DNA of 64,000 nucleotides from Schizochytrium sp. TIO01 (Eukaryota > Protista > Bigyra: Labyrinthulomycetes): contig SMSO01000025.1 in the NCBI GenBank assembly GCA_004764695.1, positions 806,001 through 870,000 of the forward strand. The letters are read 5' to 3'. Both the position numbers and the translations under genes were made by a program. Position 1 is the stretch's first letter, and each line of letters starts with the position of its first letter. Shown here one piece after another: positions 49,195 through 61,131 of this stretch. Under the pieces are notes generated by a model that was not told where the DNA came from, ran no database searches, and saw only the letters and a list, made by a program, of their open reading frames with translations.

Positions 49195-51241
49195 CGCATG
49201 TCACTCACAATTTCACATTCAAGTTCAAGTGGGTTAGTGGCAAGTGAGCGATCGACGTATAGAGCGACCAAGGTCTGAATGCTAGGTGGGCATCCTCACC
49301 AGTCAGACGTAGTAAGTTAAAATCGTTTAGCTACTAGTAGGGTAAAAACTCAAGCCAAACATTCACTCATGCTACCTGTGCCCACCTCCCATCCTACTAT
49401 CAAATAGGTACAGACTCATTGTCGTGGTGTGCATTGGTGTCGCGTGGCTTTTATCAGCTCGATAGGAGAAAAAAATGAACAGCGGAGTGCAAGTTCAATT
49501 CAAGACGTTCGGAAATGAGTCTGCACTCAGAACAGTGATGCAGGGATGCGAAGACGACTGAGTGAGCTGCTGGCCCCGAAGACAAGGCAGCCACCTACAG
49601 GCCTCAGGCCCCTCCCTACCTAGAAGAATTTGAAGTAACGAATACTACAATGAAGGCCGCTCTCAGGAGGCAGGAAGGTAGTTCCACCCGCCTACCTACC
49701 AGATGAAAGCCTCTTTCATTTGATTTGCTGCATAGGACCTACCAACTTCTCTACTGATGACGCCGATTACGAACCTCCTCTCGGAGCATTGGAAGCAAGC
49801 CAGCATGAAATTGAATCGTAGATGGCGTAGCTAGGTAGTATTGTGATATACTACTACGTACTAGAGCCTGGGGTCGCTTTAAAATTTATATATATATATA
49901 TATATTCTTTTAAGGCCAGAGCTCCAGATGTTGCTCTGCAAGTTCAAGTTGCTGCACCGCACCTGAATCAGGCAACAAGGTTTGCTTACACTCCAACTTA
50001 AGGCGAATCTGTCTCGCAAGCAACGCTGGCTTCTGAATACTCCAGGGAATAAATTAGAAAACAGGAGAGAGAGAACAATCTTAAATTACACATCAGTGTG
50101 CACAACTTGATAATCAAAACTCAGAAGGCTAAAAGCAAAACCAGGAATGGTCAAGTAAAACCGCATCAAGACGAATTGAGGCCATGGCAGTGGCGCTGGA
50201 GGATGAGGATCGGGCTTATCTGCGTCTGACCGGGGAACCCTATGGAAACATCACGTATGAACGAAAATACCCACCGCAAGATTTACAATTTTTGGAAAAG
50301 AGATCTGAACAGAAAAGCAACCGAGTTTTCAAGTCTTGCTTTCTTGCTAATGATTATTAACTTTGAATATTATCATTAGATTTACCTTTCTTTTTGGCGG
50401 CTGTCATCATCAGTGTTTTAATCACTGAATTCAGAACCAAAGATACGGCTTGCACTAACAAGCTTCTGCGTTCGTGATGAACACACGGTCTCTCATTGTG
50501 TAACTCCTTCAGAGTTTTCTGTCGAGGTAGGTACTCCTAGTATTGTTGAAAACCTACAAAGTAATGAGGTAATACTTTGAGTAACTTACACTTTCGAAAG
50601 AACTTGATGAAAACATTGGAATAACTCTTCTTTTCTTTCTGAGGTCCACACACAATTTCACACGCAATCTTCATAATGCTGCGAAGATTAACGAATTCAA
50701 GAGAACCAATACTAACTTCTCAGGTCAATTGGTGCTGAGAAATTCTGCCTGAGTTTTAAACACGGATAATTCTCCAAGCACCGTGTAAATTCTCGGCATT
50801 GATTGATATTCAATTATTATCATTAACTAATGCAGATATGTTACCTCATCGAGCAGCTGTTTATTCTGCTGGTTAGTTTATTCATAGATGTTTACAAACA
50901 GCTCCCCTCTTGGTGTCGTACAGCGTATCAGACTACAACATTCGTATCGTGATTGTCAAATCAGCATAGTACTTTTGATGAATTTGCAAGGTTTAAAAGG
51001 GTGGAGGGTGGAATCTCAACTAATTTTTATTTTTATCATGCATAAAGTCATACAGCTCTGGTTCTCATTTATTTATCCTGAACTTCACGTTCAAGGAAAG
51101 GCTCAATCGGTTTTTGACGACGACTAAGTTTGTAAGGAGCACGAATCTACTTTTTAAAAGACCACCTTTCAAAAGTTGGAATGAAACACTTGCCTTCTAT
51201 ATTCACATTTGTAGCTGGATGCGATCGAGATCTTATTTATC

Positions 51242-52813
51242 TCATCTAGTTACAATACTCAGAACGAACCATGATAAAATCAATAGAACTATTTTCAGTG
51301 GTGAGACCCTCATGGATGCTGCACTAATATCAGGTGTGGTTGATTTTACTTCGCTAGAAGGAACATTTGCGAGACACCCATATGGATAGTACCCAGCGCT
51401 GGATGCTGTAGAGGCTAAGACAGACTGAAATGTATTCACACTACATGATGAGAAACTACCTACGTCTGTTCTATTGCTAGTATCTACATACGGAGACATA
51501 ATTGCTCCTAAACACGAGCTGCCTTGAGCTTGAGAGTCATGAGAAAAACTCAGCTGATGCCCAATTTCATGTGCGATGATTTCTGCCGATGGTACAATCG
51601 TCCACTCAATCTGAGATATCGACGCTGCATTTCGCACACAACAACCATAGGCTGTATTCGTGTAGCAATAACCGTTCGGGATTTCGTCACAAGCAGTAGT
51701 ATCATCGCATACCGAGCTTAAGTATGCGAGCCCCACCGTTGAATTGTCAAAGTCATATCCACTCATCAGGTGCAGAACATCATGCTTAGGAATTTCGTCC
51801 AGGGAATTTACCCTCCAGCTGTTGATTTTTTGTAATAATGAAAGAGAGCTGATCTCTGAAGCGCTTACACTGCTGGGAACGTAAGGGTCGCTTGAATTGA
51901 AATGAATTTGCCCTGCAAGTACTATGCGAACGTCAACGTCAACGCCCCAGTTTTGGGTCGAGTAAATTAGATCCACCATATTGAATATTGCTACAGTTTC
52001 TTCCGTGGCGTTTGCACTATCTGCAGTTAGTAATTGCAATCTCTTGAAGTCATTGACAGCTAAGACTTCCACATACAAAACTTCGGTCTCTCTTGGATCT
52101 TGTGTTGATGTGTTGGTAGACGTTGACACAGACGACTCCACAACTTGTTCAGTTTGACTTATAGTGGATGAGCTTCTGCTGCTCTTTTTGGAGGATGATG
52201 CGTCAAGTGTCTTTGGTATATCAGGGAATAAGCTGTTGTCTAAAATGTACGCACCATCTGAGGGAAGACTGCTGTTATTGTCTAACATAGTCAGTGATCG
52301 AACTTTTGCTCGAGCATCACCAAAGTGATAGTCGATATAGTGATGGTCTGTTCCATCAAGAACAAGTCCGCGGACGTTATGTTTGAAAATTGAGAAGGCA
52401 GCTAGGCGACGTCCACGATACAACTTTCCTTTCTTTTCGATATTGATTGCATGATAAACACTATCGGCCAAGCTCCTTCGTTTTTCATCATTGTTCCAGT
52501 TACTTGAATCCTGCATTTCATCAGTACTATATATATCTGCGTATGTTGGAGACAGAAGATTACGGTTTGGTATTAACTCAAAGTGGGTCCAATCATCGCA
52601 GCCTGGTAGCTTCACTTTGATCGATTGAAAATCGTTAGAAGGTAGATCAGCGAGACTTTGCAGATCACGTCCATAAACATGCGCCCCTTGTATAATCAAT
52701 GCGGGAGCAGCGATAGTTGATTCCACAGCTTGCTGCATAGGCGAGCACCGCACTTGAGACATAGATAATGTGATGACGAAGTAAGAATACAAACACGACA
52801 AAGAAAAACGCAT
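51242..52813 (-). CDS. M12B (reprolysin/ADAM-like) zinc metalloprotease, probably GPI- or membrane-anchored
   Basis: Signal peptide, prodomain, YVEVLAVND, HDVLHLMSG, TVGLAY, HEIGHQLSFSHD, Met-turn IMSP, FSSCS and a hydrophobic C-terminus. First ATG at 52813. Confidence 0.88.
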   Translation of the reverse strand: MRFSLSCLYSYFVITLSMSQVRCSPMQQAVESTIAAPALIIQGAHVYGRDLQSLADLPSNDFQSIKVKLPGCDDWTHFELIPNRNLLSPTYADIYSTDEMQDSSNWNNDEKRRSLADSVYHAINIEKKGKLYRGRRLAAFSIFKHNVRGLVLDGTDHHYIDYHFGDARAKVRSLTMLDNNSSLPSDGAYILDNSLFPDIPKTLDASSSKKSSRSSSTISQTEQVVESSVSTSTNTSTQDPRETEVLYVEVLAVNDFKRLQLLTADSANATEETVAIFNMVDLIYSTQNWGVDVDVRIVLAGQIHFNSSDPYVPSSVSASEISSLSLLQKINSWRVNSLDEIPKHDVLHLMSGYDFDNSTVGLAYLSSVCDDTTACDEIPNGYCYTNTAYGCCVRNAASISQIEWTIVPSAEIIAHEIGHQLSFSHDSQAQGSSCLGAIMSPYVDTSNRTDVGSFSSCSVNTFQSVLASTASSAGYYPYGCLANVPSSEVKSTTPDISAASMRVSPLKIVLLILSWFVLSIVTR

Positions 52814-53851
52814 CGTATAGTCAGAGTTTGCGTATCTTTGACGTGGATGCAAGAGTTACTGATCTAGGTCCTCCATACAAAGCTACTTTAAAATAGTAGT
52901 GCTTTTGATGTTTGCTATTTTAAAAACAAATAGATTTGGATTGTTGAACCTAGAGGGCCGCTAGCATATCCTTTCTTGAATGTTGTGTTTCCGTATTTAG
53001 AGCAACAAATAAATCGACAACATACAACCTGAAAGATGTTTGACTGTGGTCTTCTCAAAGAGTCTTAGAATTACTCGTTTCGCAGCCGCTCTTCGATTGA
53101 GTTAAACCATAGTGTTCCTAGGATGCACTTGTGTCTATGAGTATCCGCAGAATCACGTATGGTATAATTTAACATATTTTACACACGTTCGCACTTCTTC
53201 ACGTGCAACTTATATTGCACACATTTCCTGTGCTCATTTTGTAAGAAATAGTTTAAATCTTTTTTCATGTTTGACTTTCTTGGTATGTGTATATGTGGTA
53301 TGAGGTCTGCTAGCACAATGTTTATTTACTTCGTCCGTTTTGATACATCATCCTTCTTCAAACAATAAATCTTCTGAAAGACGAATTGTATTTTAACGAC
53401 TCAATACAACTTTAGCTCCTTTGCAATTGCTTTGGAATATCTTATCTAGTCTCGGTTTTAAACATGCCCTGCCTTTGTTCTCAGCAAGAGCACTCTATTG
53501 TTCTTTTTCAATATGCAGCTTAGTTTTATTACAGTCGATGAAGCTTCTCATCATCTTCTATCTCCTTTATTTCTTAAGAAGCTCTAGGCCTATGTTCAAT
53601 ATTCACGCAGCAACGGATCTTCTACTATCGCTCCAAGCGTGCTATTAGTTCCGTAAGTTCCATAAGTTCCTAAGTCTATGTTTTCTCTTTAACGGCTGAG
53701 CTATCAGAGCGTTAGCCGCCAACCCCTGAGTTGATGTGCGTTGATTTCATAGATAGTTAGATTGATAGATAGATATCTAATAGTAGTAGTAGTAGCAACA
53801 CTACTTTCAATAAGTTAGAGATAAGCGAGTGGATGATTATGTAGACGAATA

Positions 53852-53903
53852 AATGAATGAATGAATGAATGAATGAATGAATGAATGAATGAATGAATGA
53901 ATG
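53852..53903. repeat. (GAAT)n microsatellite
   Basis: Perfect tetranucleotide run. Confidence 0.9.
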
Positions 53904-54419
53904 ATAAGTGATTTGTTAGGCCTTATAATTGATAATTTATAAATTAGTATATATATATATATGATATACATATTTAGAAAGAGAAGAGAAGCAGAACAAA
54001 AGAAGTTGTTCGAGTCAACGCTCGTTGCCGCGAAGACTGTCTCAGACGCCCACGGAGTGCCGCGTGCGTCTCTTGCGCTGCACTAGTGTCTATTTCCTCG
54101 TTAGCACTTGCTTGTTGAACTATCTTTCCTCGCCTTTCACGATCTCAGAGAGGATAGCATCGAGTGCCACGGCGGTTGCCTAAGTGGTCAAGCAGAAGAG
54201 GCAGCAGCTTCACAAGTACAAGGACTTTTGGGCCAGCAAAGGTCCACGCACGCTATCTAGCTAAATACGCAGCGGATACTATTTGGAGCGTGACAAGTAC
54301 TTTACTGGTGGACTATTGAGTCGCTGATTTGTTGATTATCCTAAACCCGGTAGGAGTTTATCAATTCAGGCACAAGATTTAAGCACCAAGAGCTAAACTC
54401 TTCTATTCCCACAAGCAAG

Positions 54420-55043
54420 ATGGCATCCGGAGCAAGCGCTAACACCGCTTCTAGTGGCGAGGGTCCCACATTTAAGCAGTACCCGTTCAACCTTGTAGAG
54501 AAGAGGAGCGAACGTGGTATTCCCATGGTACACTTTATCTCAGACGTGCCAGGTTTTATGACTCAACCAGGCGCTGAACTGAAATCCGTCATGGAGGCTT
54601 TGGACAATCTCTACAACGAACTCAAGCAGCTTGAGTCACGGTGCGTGAACATGCGTCAAATCCATAAAATGCGAATTCCGGAAATTGAGGAGACTATTTC
54701 TGTTGTGGAGTTTTTGCAAAAGAAGGCCGAGGATGGCGAGGAGACCCCCATGATCACAAACTTTCAATTATCTGCAAGTATCTTCGCTGAAGCCAAGGTT
54801 GACTACAGCGCCGGAAAAGTTGTCCTGTGGCTTGGTGCATCCACTGCAGCAGAGCTTACATTTGAAGAGGCTCTCGATATTCTGCGCACTAACCTCAAGC
54901 GCAAGGAGGAGCAGCTTGAACAGTGTGAGGATGACTTACAACTGACCAAGAGGCAAATCACAACTGCTGAAGTGTGCATGGCCCGAGTGTACAACAACGA
55001 CGTTAAGGAGCGCCGCGCCGCTGCCGCTAAAAACGAAGAGTAA
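54420..55043 (+). CDS. PFD3: Prefoldin subunit 3 (VBP1)
   Basis: RGIP..FI.DV, IPEIEETI, VVLWLGA and QITTAEVCMARVYNNDVKERR. Confidence 0.93.
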   Translation: MASGASANTASSGEGPTFKQYPFNLVEKRSERGIPMVHFISDVPGFMTQPGAELKSVMEALDNLYNELKQLESRCVNMRQIHKMRIPEIEETISVVEFLQKKAEDGEETPMITNFQLSASIFAEAKVDYSAGKVVLWLGASTAAELTFEEALDILRTNLKRKEEQLEQCEDDLQLTKRQITTAEVCMARVYNNDVKERRAAAAKNEE

Positions 55044-55387
55044 AATCATCAGCTTATTCAGTTCCCACTTTATTAAAAAAATCAAAAAATCTTTATACAC
55101 TGACAGAGCTAAGCAAGCTCCTAGGTGCTCTGCTTGGGAGTATTTAAGTTTGTCTGATTATTTAATCTAATTGACCTGTTTTAGGCAGTCACTGTAGCAA
55201 GAATACCACTAATTCGCGGTGGCATCGTGATCTTTCTATTTTTGTAGTTCCCTGTATTCCCTCATTCAAATTTTACAACTACCTCTGGTGTTACATACCT
55301 CTATAGTAGTACCAACTATTTATTCGAAGGGCGCAGAAGCTTTCCTACAGCCCATCACCAAGCCGTTTTCGTCGACGTTGTCTCACG

Positions 55388-58183
55388 ATGGAGGCTCTCA
55401 CGAGATGTGTTGAGGAAGACACGAAGCGCTGTGAAAAGGCTCAACAGTCAGGTACAGACCATGAACGTGTTTTTCGCTTCTTCGACAAGAACGGGGACTA
55501 TTATCAGGTGATTGACGATGACGCTCGCCAACTCGCTACTCGGTTCTTTCACTCTACATCGGTGCTCAAATTCGCAGAAGTTCAAGGTCGAACGATACCA
55601 TTCCTATCCCTTAGTCCTGCAGTATTCACGAGCGTTGTCAAGTCTCTTCTAGCCGAGAAAAACACAACGGTATGTACATTTGCATTTAGCGCAGGCAAAT
55701 GGACCTTGAAGCGGGAGGGCTCCGCTGGGCGTGTTAACGATTTCGCAACTGAAATGAACTCACTCAGCGATGTTGACCGTGCAAGTGTTGAGCAAGCGTG
55801 CATTGCATGTGCGTGGGTTGCCACCCCGTCAGCGAACACTGCTGGTGTAGCAATCTTGAATACAACATTTCGCACTCTCGGCGTTACAGAAGTAGGTCTT
55901 GATGCTCTTGAGGGCCTTCTCGTACAGGAGAATGTGACACAATGTATTGTTGCGGGATCGCTAGGCAATGATGCAGTACTTAAGAAGGTTGAGCTTTCTC
56001 TTCGAGCTGCAGGAACCAGGCGTTTATCAGCTAAGAAGCGCCCTGGAGACAACATGACACCCGCTTTTGTGTTGGAGCATGTAGCAACGCTTTTCGGTCT
56101 TGAGTCAGTAGCGCAAGTTGATAGCTTCTTGCACAGCTTCATTCAGGAGAATGTTCGGGCTGCTAATGCTCTTTTCTATCTTTTAAATGAGGAAGGACTT
56201 GCCTCAAACGTGTCAGGGTTCGATGGGTCCTTTCCTTATCGTGCTGTGCATATCTCACTTGACAATTCCATGTATATTTCGCCGAGTACACTACGTGCAT
56301 TGAGCCTATTTCCTCGCGCAAACTCATTTGATATAGACCGATCGACCAAGTCCGAGTATTCTTCAGTATATCACCTTCTGGGAAAGGCTTGTCGCACACC
56401 AATGGGAGCTCGTTTATTATCCCGATGGTTGCGGCGACCAAGTAAAGATATCAATACAATTAGGCTTCGCCACGACGTTGTTTCCTCTTTGGTGAATGAT
56501 GAGTCGCTAGAAGGATCTATTGAAAAGTCTATATATCACCTTCCTGATGGTGAGCGATTGGCACTTTCTCTCGCGAGTTTACACATCAAAGAGGAAGATA
56601 GCTTACTTTCAGTCAAGCAGGCTTTAAACACTCTAGTCAACCTTTTTAAGCTGACCTGTGCAGCAGATCAATTCTTTGACATTTGTAAGAATTCTTCCTC
56701 ACTGCATTGCCTTTCAGAGTCACTGGATTTACCACGTGTACTCGAACAGGCACGGCCATTCTCAGAACACATTGCTAATATCATCGATACAGAAACTCTT
56801 CGAGCTGCATTTCGTCAACGCGGTTATGATGCTCGTGTTGCAGCTCACTGTTCCCCTCGGCTCAGTGAACTTCAGACTTCATTGCAACAGATCAACGCTA
56901 GCATCCGTGCACAGGCTATTAGCTTTGCAGGCTCAATTGGGGCCGATCAAATTCGAATTCGAGGTCATGGGCAATTTGACGAAGCCCCGCAGAGTATTGA
57001 CGTGGTTGCCTCGGAATCTCCGGTAGCTACGTCTTTCTCGCGCTTATCATCGAGAGGCAAGAAAGCAGCGGGAAGTCGTTCGTCAACTAGCCGTAAGCGT
57101 AAGCGAGCCGTCACCTTAAATTTAGAGCGGAATGCTGTGCACGGTACACTTTTCCGCATGACACGAGCTGACAGCCAGACGATCTTGCGGAAAAATGGTC
57201 CTGCTCATAGTCACAAACCTCGAATTATCTCTAGAGACAAGCAAGGAGTCAAATTCACCATCGAGGCATTATCCCAGCTTGTCGAACGGCATGATGCACT
57301 GGATGCCGATTATCTCCAGGCACAGATTCACATAGTACAGCAAGCACTGGTTATTTCAAAACCTGCAGTAGATGCACTTCTTCATCTCGCGCATGCAATG
57401 GCTTCCATTGATGTTTTGATTGCATTTGCCAAACTTTCTCGTGCTAATGAGTACTGCAGACCAATGATGTTGGACTCAACTAACCAGGAGATCCAACATA
57501 ATATTGAATTTACAAACTTGCGCCACGTTCTCGCTGAGCAACGTCTTGGTCGTGATTTATACATTGCAAACGACTTTCGATGCAAACAGCCGTCAGTAAG
57601 TATTGTATCAGGCCCGAATATGGGTGGTAAATCAACCTACTCAAACAGTGTTGCGTTGGCTACGGTGCTAGCCCAAGCTGGGTGTTTTGTCCCTGCTGAT
57701 ACTGCCCAGATCCCTGTATTTGACTCCGTTTTGGCTCGAGCAGGTGGTGCATTAGATGACTCAAGCACAGGTGCGTCAACTTTCATGGTAGAAATGCGAG
57801 ATATTGCTAGCATTCTGGCCGTAGCAACATCTCGGTCTTTAGTAATTGTTGACGAGATTGGAAGAGGTACAAGCACTAACGATGGCTTTGCACTTGCTAA
57901 AGCTATTACGGAGCATTTTGTGAGAGATGTATGTTGCACTGTTCTGTTTGCAACACATTTCCACGAGCTAGCTCACCTTGAAAAAGAGTTCCCCCAAAGC
58001 GTACAGAATCTGCAGCTCACAGCTAAAGTTCAAGGAGATGATGTAGTTATGCTTTACAAGGTCAAGGAAGGTGCTGCAGATAAATCATATGGAATATCTG
58101 TAGCCAAAATGGCAGGCTTTCCGACTGAAATTCTCGCAAATGCGGCCCAAGAACTTCAACACCTGGTAGCGAGCTCAGAGTAG
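55388..58183 (+). CDS. MSH2: MutS homolog, MSH2-like DNA mismatch repair protein
   Basis: RFFDKNGDYY N-terminus, CRTPMGARLLSRWLRRP, GPNMGGKST, STFMVEM, DEIGRGTST, FATHFHEL and SYGISVAKMAGFP. Confidence 0.85.
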   Translation: MEALTRCVEEDTKRCEKAQQSGTDHERVFRFFDKNGDYYQVIDDDARQLATRFFHSTSVLKFAEVQGRTIPFLSLSPAVFTSVVKSLLAEKNTTVCTFAFSAGKWTLKREGSAGRVNDFATEMNSLSDVDRASVEQACIACAWVATPSANTAGVAILNTTFRTLGVTEVGLDALEGLLVQENVTQCIVAGSLGNDAVLKKVELSLRAAGTRRLSAKKRPGDNMTPAFVLEHVATLFGLESVAQVDSFLHSFIQENVRAANALFYLLNEEGLASNVSGFDGSFPYRAVHISLDNSMYISPSTLRALSLFPRANSFDIDRSTKSEYSSVYHLLGKACRTPMGARLLSRWLRRPSKDINTIRLRHDVVSSLVNDESLEGSIEKSIYHLPDGERLALSLASLHIKEEDSLLSVKQALNTLVNLFKLTCAADQFFDICKNSSSLHCLSESLDLPRVLEQARPFSEHIANIIDTETLRAAFRQRGYDARVAAHCSPRLSELQTSLQQINASIRAQAISFAGSIGADQIRIRGHGQFDEAPQSIDVVASESPVATSFSRLSSRGKKAAGSRSSTSRKRKRAVTLNLERNAVHGTLFRMTRADSQTILRKNGPAHSHKPRIISRDKQGVKFTIEALSQLVERHDALDADYLQAQIHIVQQALVISKPAVDALLHLAHAMASIDVLIAFAKLSRANEYCRPMMLDSTNQEIQHNIEFTNLRHVLAEQRLGRDLYIANDFRCKQPSVSIVSGPNMGGKSTYSNSVALATVLAQAGCFVPADTAQIPVFDSVLARAGGALDDSSTGASTFMVEMRDIASILAVATSRSLVIVDEIGRGTSTNDGFALAKAITEHFVRDVCCTVLFATHFHELAHLEKEFPQSVQNLQLTAKVQGDDVVMLYKVKEGAADKSYGISVAKMAGFPTEILANAAQELQHLVASSE

Positions 58184-58768
58184 ATATAACTCCGAGGTCT
58201 AAGCCAAAGCACACGCTAATTCAATGTTTTTGTAAGTCGAATAAATCAACTTAATTTCCGTTTCTTGATGATACGATGGATCTTACAAATCGCAATAATG
58301 AAACATTTTGGCAAGTTTTGGAGAAATCCTCAACCTCTGCAAGTACCTCCTTAATAAAAAAAAAGAAACATATCTGTCCTGACTCCGTGCTGAAAAAAGG
58401 AGCAGGTATATAAGGTATTTGTTTTTTACTTGTTTATTTCTTTTCATCATTTGATTTCGGTAATATTTGAGGTTGGCAAAGTGTCAAGTGATCTCTGCCC
58501 GTCATGTAGTTGAAAACGAGCCTCACTTTCACATGGTAGTCAGATCAATGAATAGGAACTCCTAATGTGCATAGATAGATATTTTCCCTCATCATTATTC
58601 ATTCTGTGACTTCAAGCACTGGTTGGAGAAGAAGCTTATCACGGATACACATAATTGTGGGATAATATAAACTAGACCTGGGCTTCAACATTGATCTCAT
58701 TTTAATTTCCGTATTGACCGCTTGGTCGCTCGTGCGAACCATCTCCCGCGACCACAATCCACAACCTC

Positions 58769-59359
58769 TTACTTAATTAGGTCTTTGTTTTCAGGCTCAG
58801 TATACATTGCGTTGAGCGTGTAACCCAGGACAAAGAGGCAAAAAATGAGAAACAGAATGATATCAAGCTTACCATGGGAAGGTGCGTCCTCTGCAGCTAA
58901 GAGCTCCACTTCGAATTCGAGGGTTGCATTGGGTGGAATTACACCACCCGCGCCTGAAGATCCATACGCAAAGTCAGGGTGGCAGATCAGAACAGCCTTC
59001 TCGCCAATCTTCATAGATGCAACACCAAGATCCCAGCCCAAAATGACCTGACGCTGGCCAACGTTAAACTGGAGAGGCTGTCCTCGATTCAAGCTCGAGT
59101 CAAAAACCTTACCATCTGGAAAGCGACCAGTGTAATGCACAAGCACAGCCTTGTTTTTGCCAATAGGCTCTCCAGTGCCTTCCTTCAAGATCTTCTTGCG
59201 CACCTTCCCGTCTTGGTTCGAAGTAAGGTCTACAAAGTTGCCTTCGTCAGACTTATTCCCACCGGTAGCTCGTTGCCGGAGGCCTGCTCCAGAGGCCTCT
59301 TCAGCACTGATGTCCTGCTCTGAAGTAGTATCGTCAGGAATCTCCTCAATTTCAACCAT
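58769..59359 (-). CDS. FKBP-type peptidyl-prolyl cis-trans isomerase with C-terminal TM
   Basis: VHYTGRFPDGKVFDSS, VILGWD, AYG and IPPNATLEFEVELL; hydrophobic tail IILFLIFCLFVLGY. Confidence 0.92.
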   Translation of the reverse strand: MVEIEEIPDDTTSEQDISAEEASGAGLRQRATGGNKSDEGNFVDLTSNQDGKVRKKILKEGTGEPIGKNKAVLVHYTGRFPDGKVFDSSLNRGQPLQFNVGQRQVILGWDLGVASMKIGEKAVLICHPDFAYGSSGAGGVIPPNATLEFEVELLAAEDAPSHGKLDIILFLIFCLFVLGYTLNAMYTEPENKDLIK

Positions 59360-60170
59360 CTTTTGTTGCTTTTGTGCTGCGTTGCCTTCTTGCTGATCTA
59401 CTTAATATATATATATATAGAGATATATATATGTCCGTCGATCTCACACAGCCTGCGTTCTGTCTCTACAAGATACTTGCGTACACTGCAAACAACCAAG
59501 CTTTTCTGACTCTGCTGACGCGCACGCTCGGGCGACTTTGGTCCGAATCAACGAAATAAACTGCTCTCAATGATGCTTTTAGATTAAGTCTTGTGAGGCC
59601 ACTAAGTGTACCTATATACTAAGCGACACCTAGATAGCATTACTTATTGATAGTAGCTGCGTGCCTAGCTAGTAAACAACTAAATTGAAAATTGGAAAAA
59701 ATTATATACGTACATGGTCATCGCTGATCTATAAGGACTCTTGATCTGATTTTGATAGGTGACACCACAAAATTGGGCGTCTTTATCTAAATATCAAGAG
59801 AGAAACTAGGGCAGTTTGAAAATTAAGAGTAAACCTTAACCTGAAGGCTTAAAATCAAAAGATTAATACTGCTACTTCAGTCAACAGTTTTGTTCTAAAT
59901 CAATTTTTAAGACCAACCCATGCTACAGCAGAGGTCCAAAACTTATTGCCACACCTAACATTGTGGTGCAAATTGCTCTTTCAGATAAAGTGTGCGGCAT
60001 TCCTGCCCTACCCACAAGAACAACGATTTCTTTCATTTGAAAAACAAGGTTTTTACGTTGGTCGACGCGTGATTCGCCATGCCGATGCAGCATTCCAAAC
60101 ACAATCAAGGCCAGAAGATCAAGAGAATGAAACAAATAATGTAGGTAAGAGAAAGAAAGAGTGTATGCAA

Positions 60171-61131
60171 TTAAACAATGCGCTCAAGTTCGTGTGCGTA
60201 GTTGAGCGAGCTCTGAATGAGCGAGTGTGAGGGAATCTGGTCAGCAAGGTCCTTGACAGGCTCACCCTTAAAAGTAATTTTGGATCCATTGACCTCCCAG
60301 TTTTCCTTCATGGCCATGTAGTCTTCAAGGGCCTTCTGGGAAGAAAAGTTCATGAGCTTTTGAGCAGCACTCTGTAAAGTGTAAAGACCCAGGAAATAAA
60401 AAACAGTCAGTCTCATGGCGAACCTTTCAAGTTGACACATAAGCCTCTCTCTTCAGAGAATATAATCGTATGCGAATTGAGCTTCAATTATATAAAGAAA
60501 GAGAGGGAGACAGAGGGGTGGTATACAAGGTAGGGATTTGATAACTTACAATGCTCAATGTTGAATAGGAAACCTCAACACAGCTTGCGATTTCCTCACG
60601 AACAGTCTCCTCCAAGTTTTCGAGAAGCGAGGAGTATGTTTTGCAGGGAGTGCGCTTCCGGGCAGCCAAGACTTTGTTGTATGATCCCTCACTGAGGAAC
60701 TGCTCAAGCTCAGTTACAAAGGTGATACATTTGTCCGCACGCTCCTCCATGGAGACAAGCTCAAGGAGAGAGTGGAACTCAGCGAGCTCCTGTTGCACGA
60801 GAAGCACGAGAAGCTCGAGACCAATCATCTCTCCGCGCCTACTGGAATCACCAATTTCTGCCCGGTATTCGAAGTTAAACGGTCTCAGAAGCTGGAGGTG
60901 ACGAGCAAGAGCAGCCTTATCCTGAGCAGCGACACTGAGAACAACAGCGGATTCGTAAATATCTCTGGCCAACTGACGTTCCTTCTTGGAGGACCTTGTC
61001 GTCTCCGTATTAGGAGGCAGTGATTCGAACTTAATCAGCTCCAGCTTGGCCTTGCGCAGCACCTCCTCGCCGCTGCTGACCTTGCCGGCCTCAGCCCATT
61101 TGCGAAGCTCCTTTGCCAAAGACTCTGCCAT
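60171..61131 (-). CDS. RPN12: 26S proteasome regulatory subunit RPN12/PSMD8 (two exons: 61131-60550 and 60371-60171; 260 aa)
   Basis: LARDIYE, LAEFHSLLE, LEQFLSEGSYNKV, TVREEIASC and C-terminal YAHELERIV; ATT|GTAAGT...tttacag|AGT in-frame intron. Confidence 0.93.

Noticed and set aside
55582-56142. 186-aa antisense ORF inside MSH2 (and other antisense or nested ORFs in long genes)
   Set aside because: Shadow ORFs of real coding sequence with no independent motifs.
54420-61131. PFD3, FKBP and RPN12 as a proteostasis gene cluster
   Set aside because: Mixed orientation, interrupted by MSH2; adjacency of housekeeping genes in a compact eukaryotic region is expected by chance.
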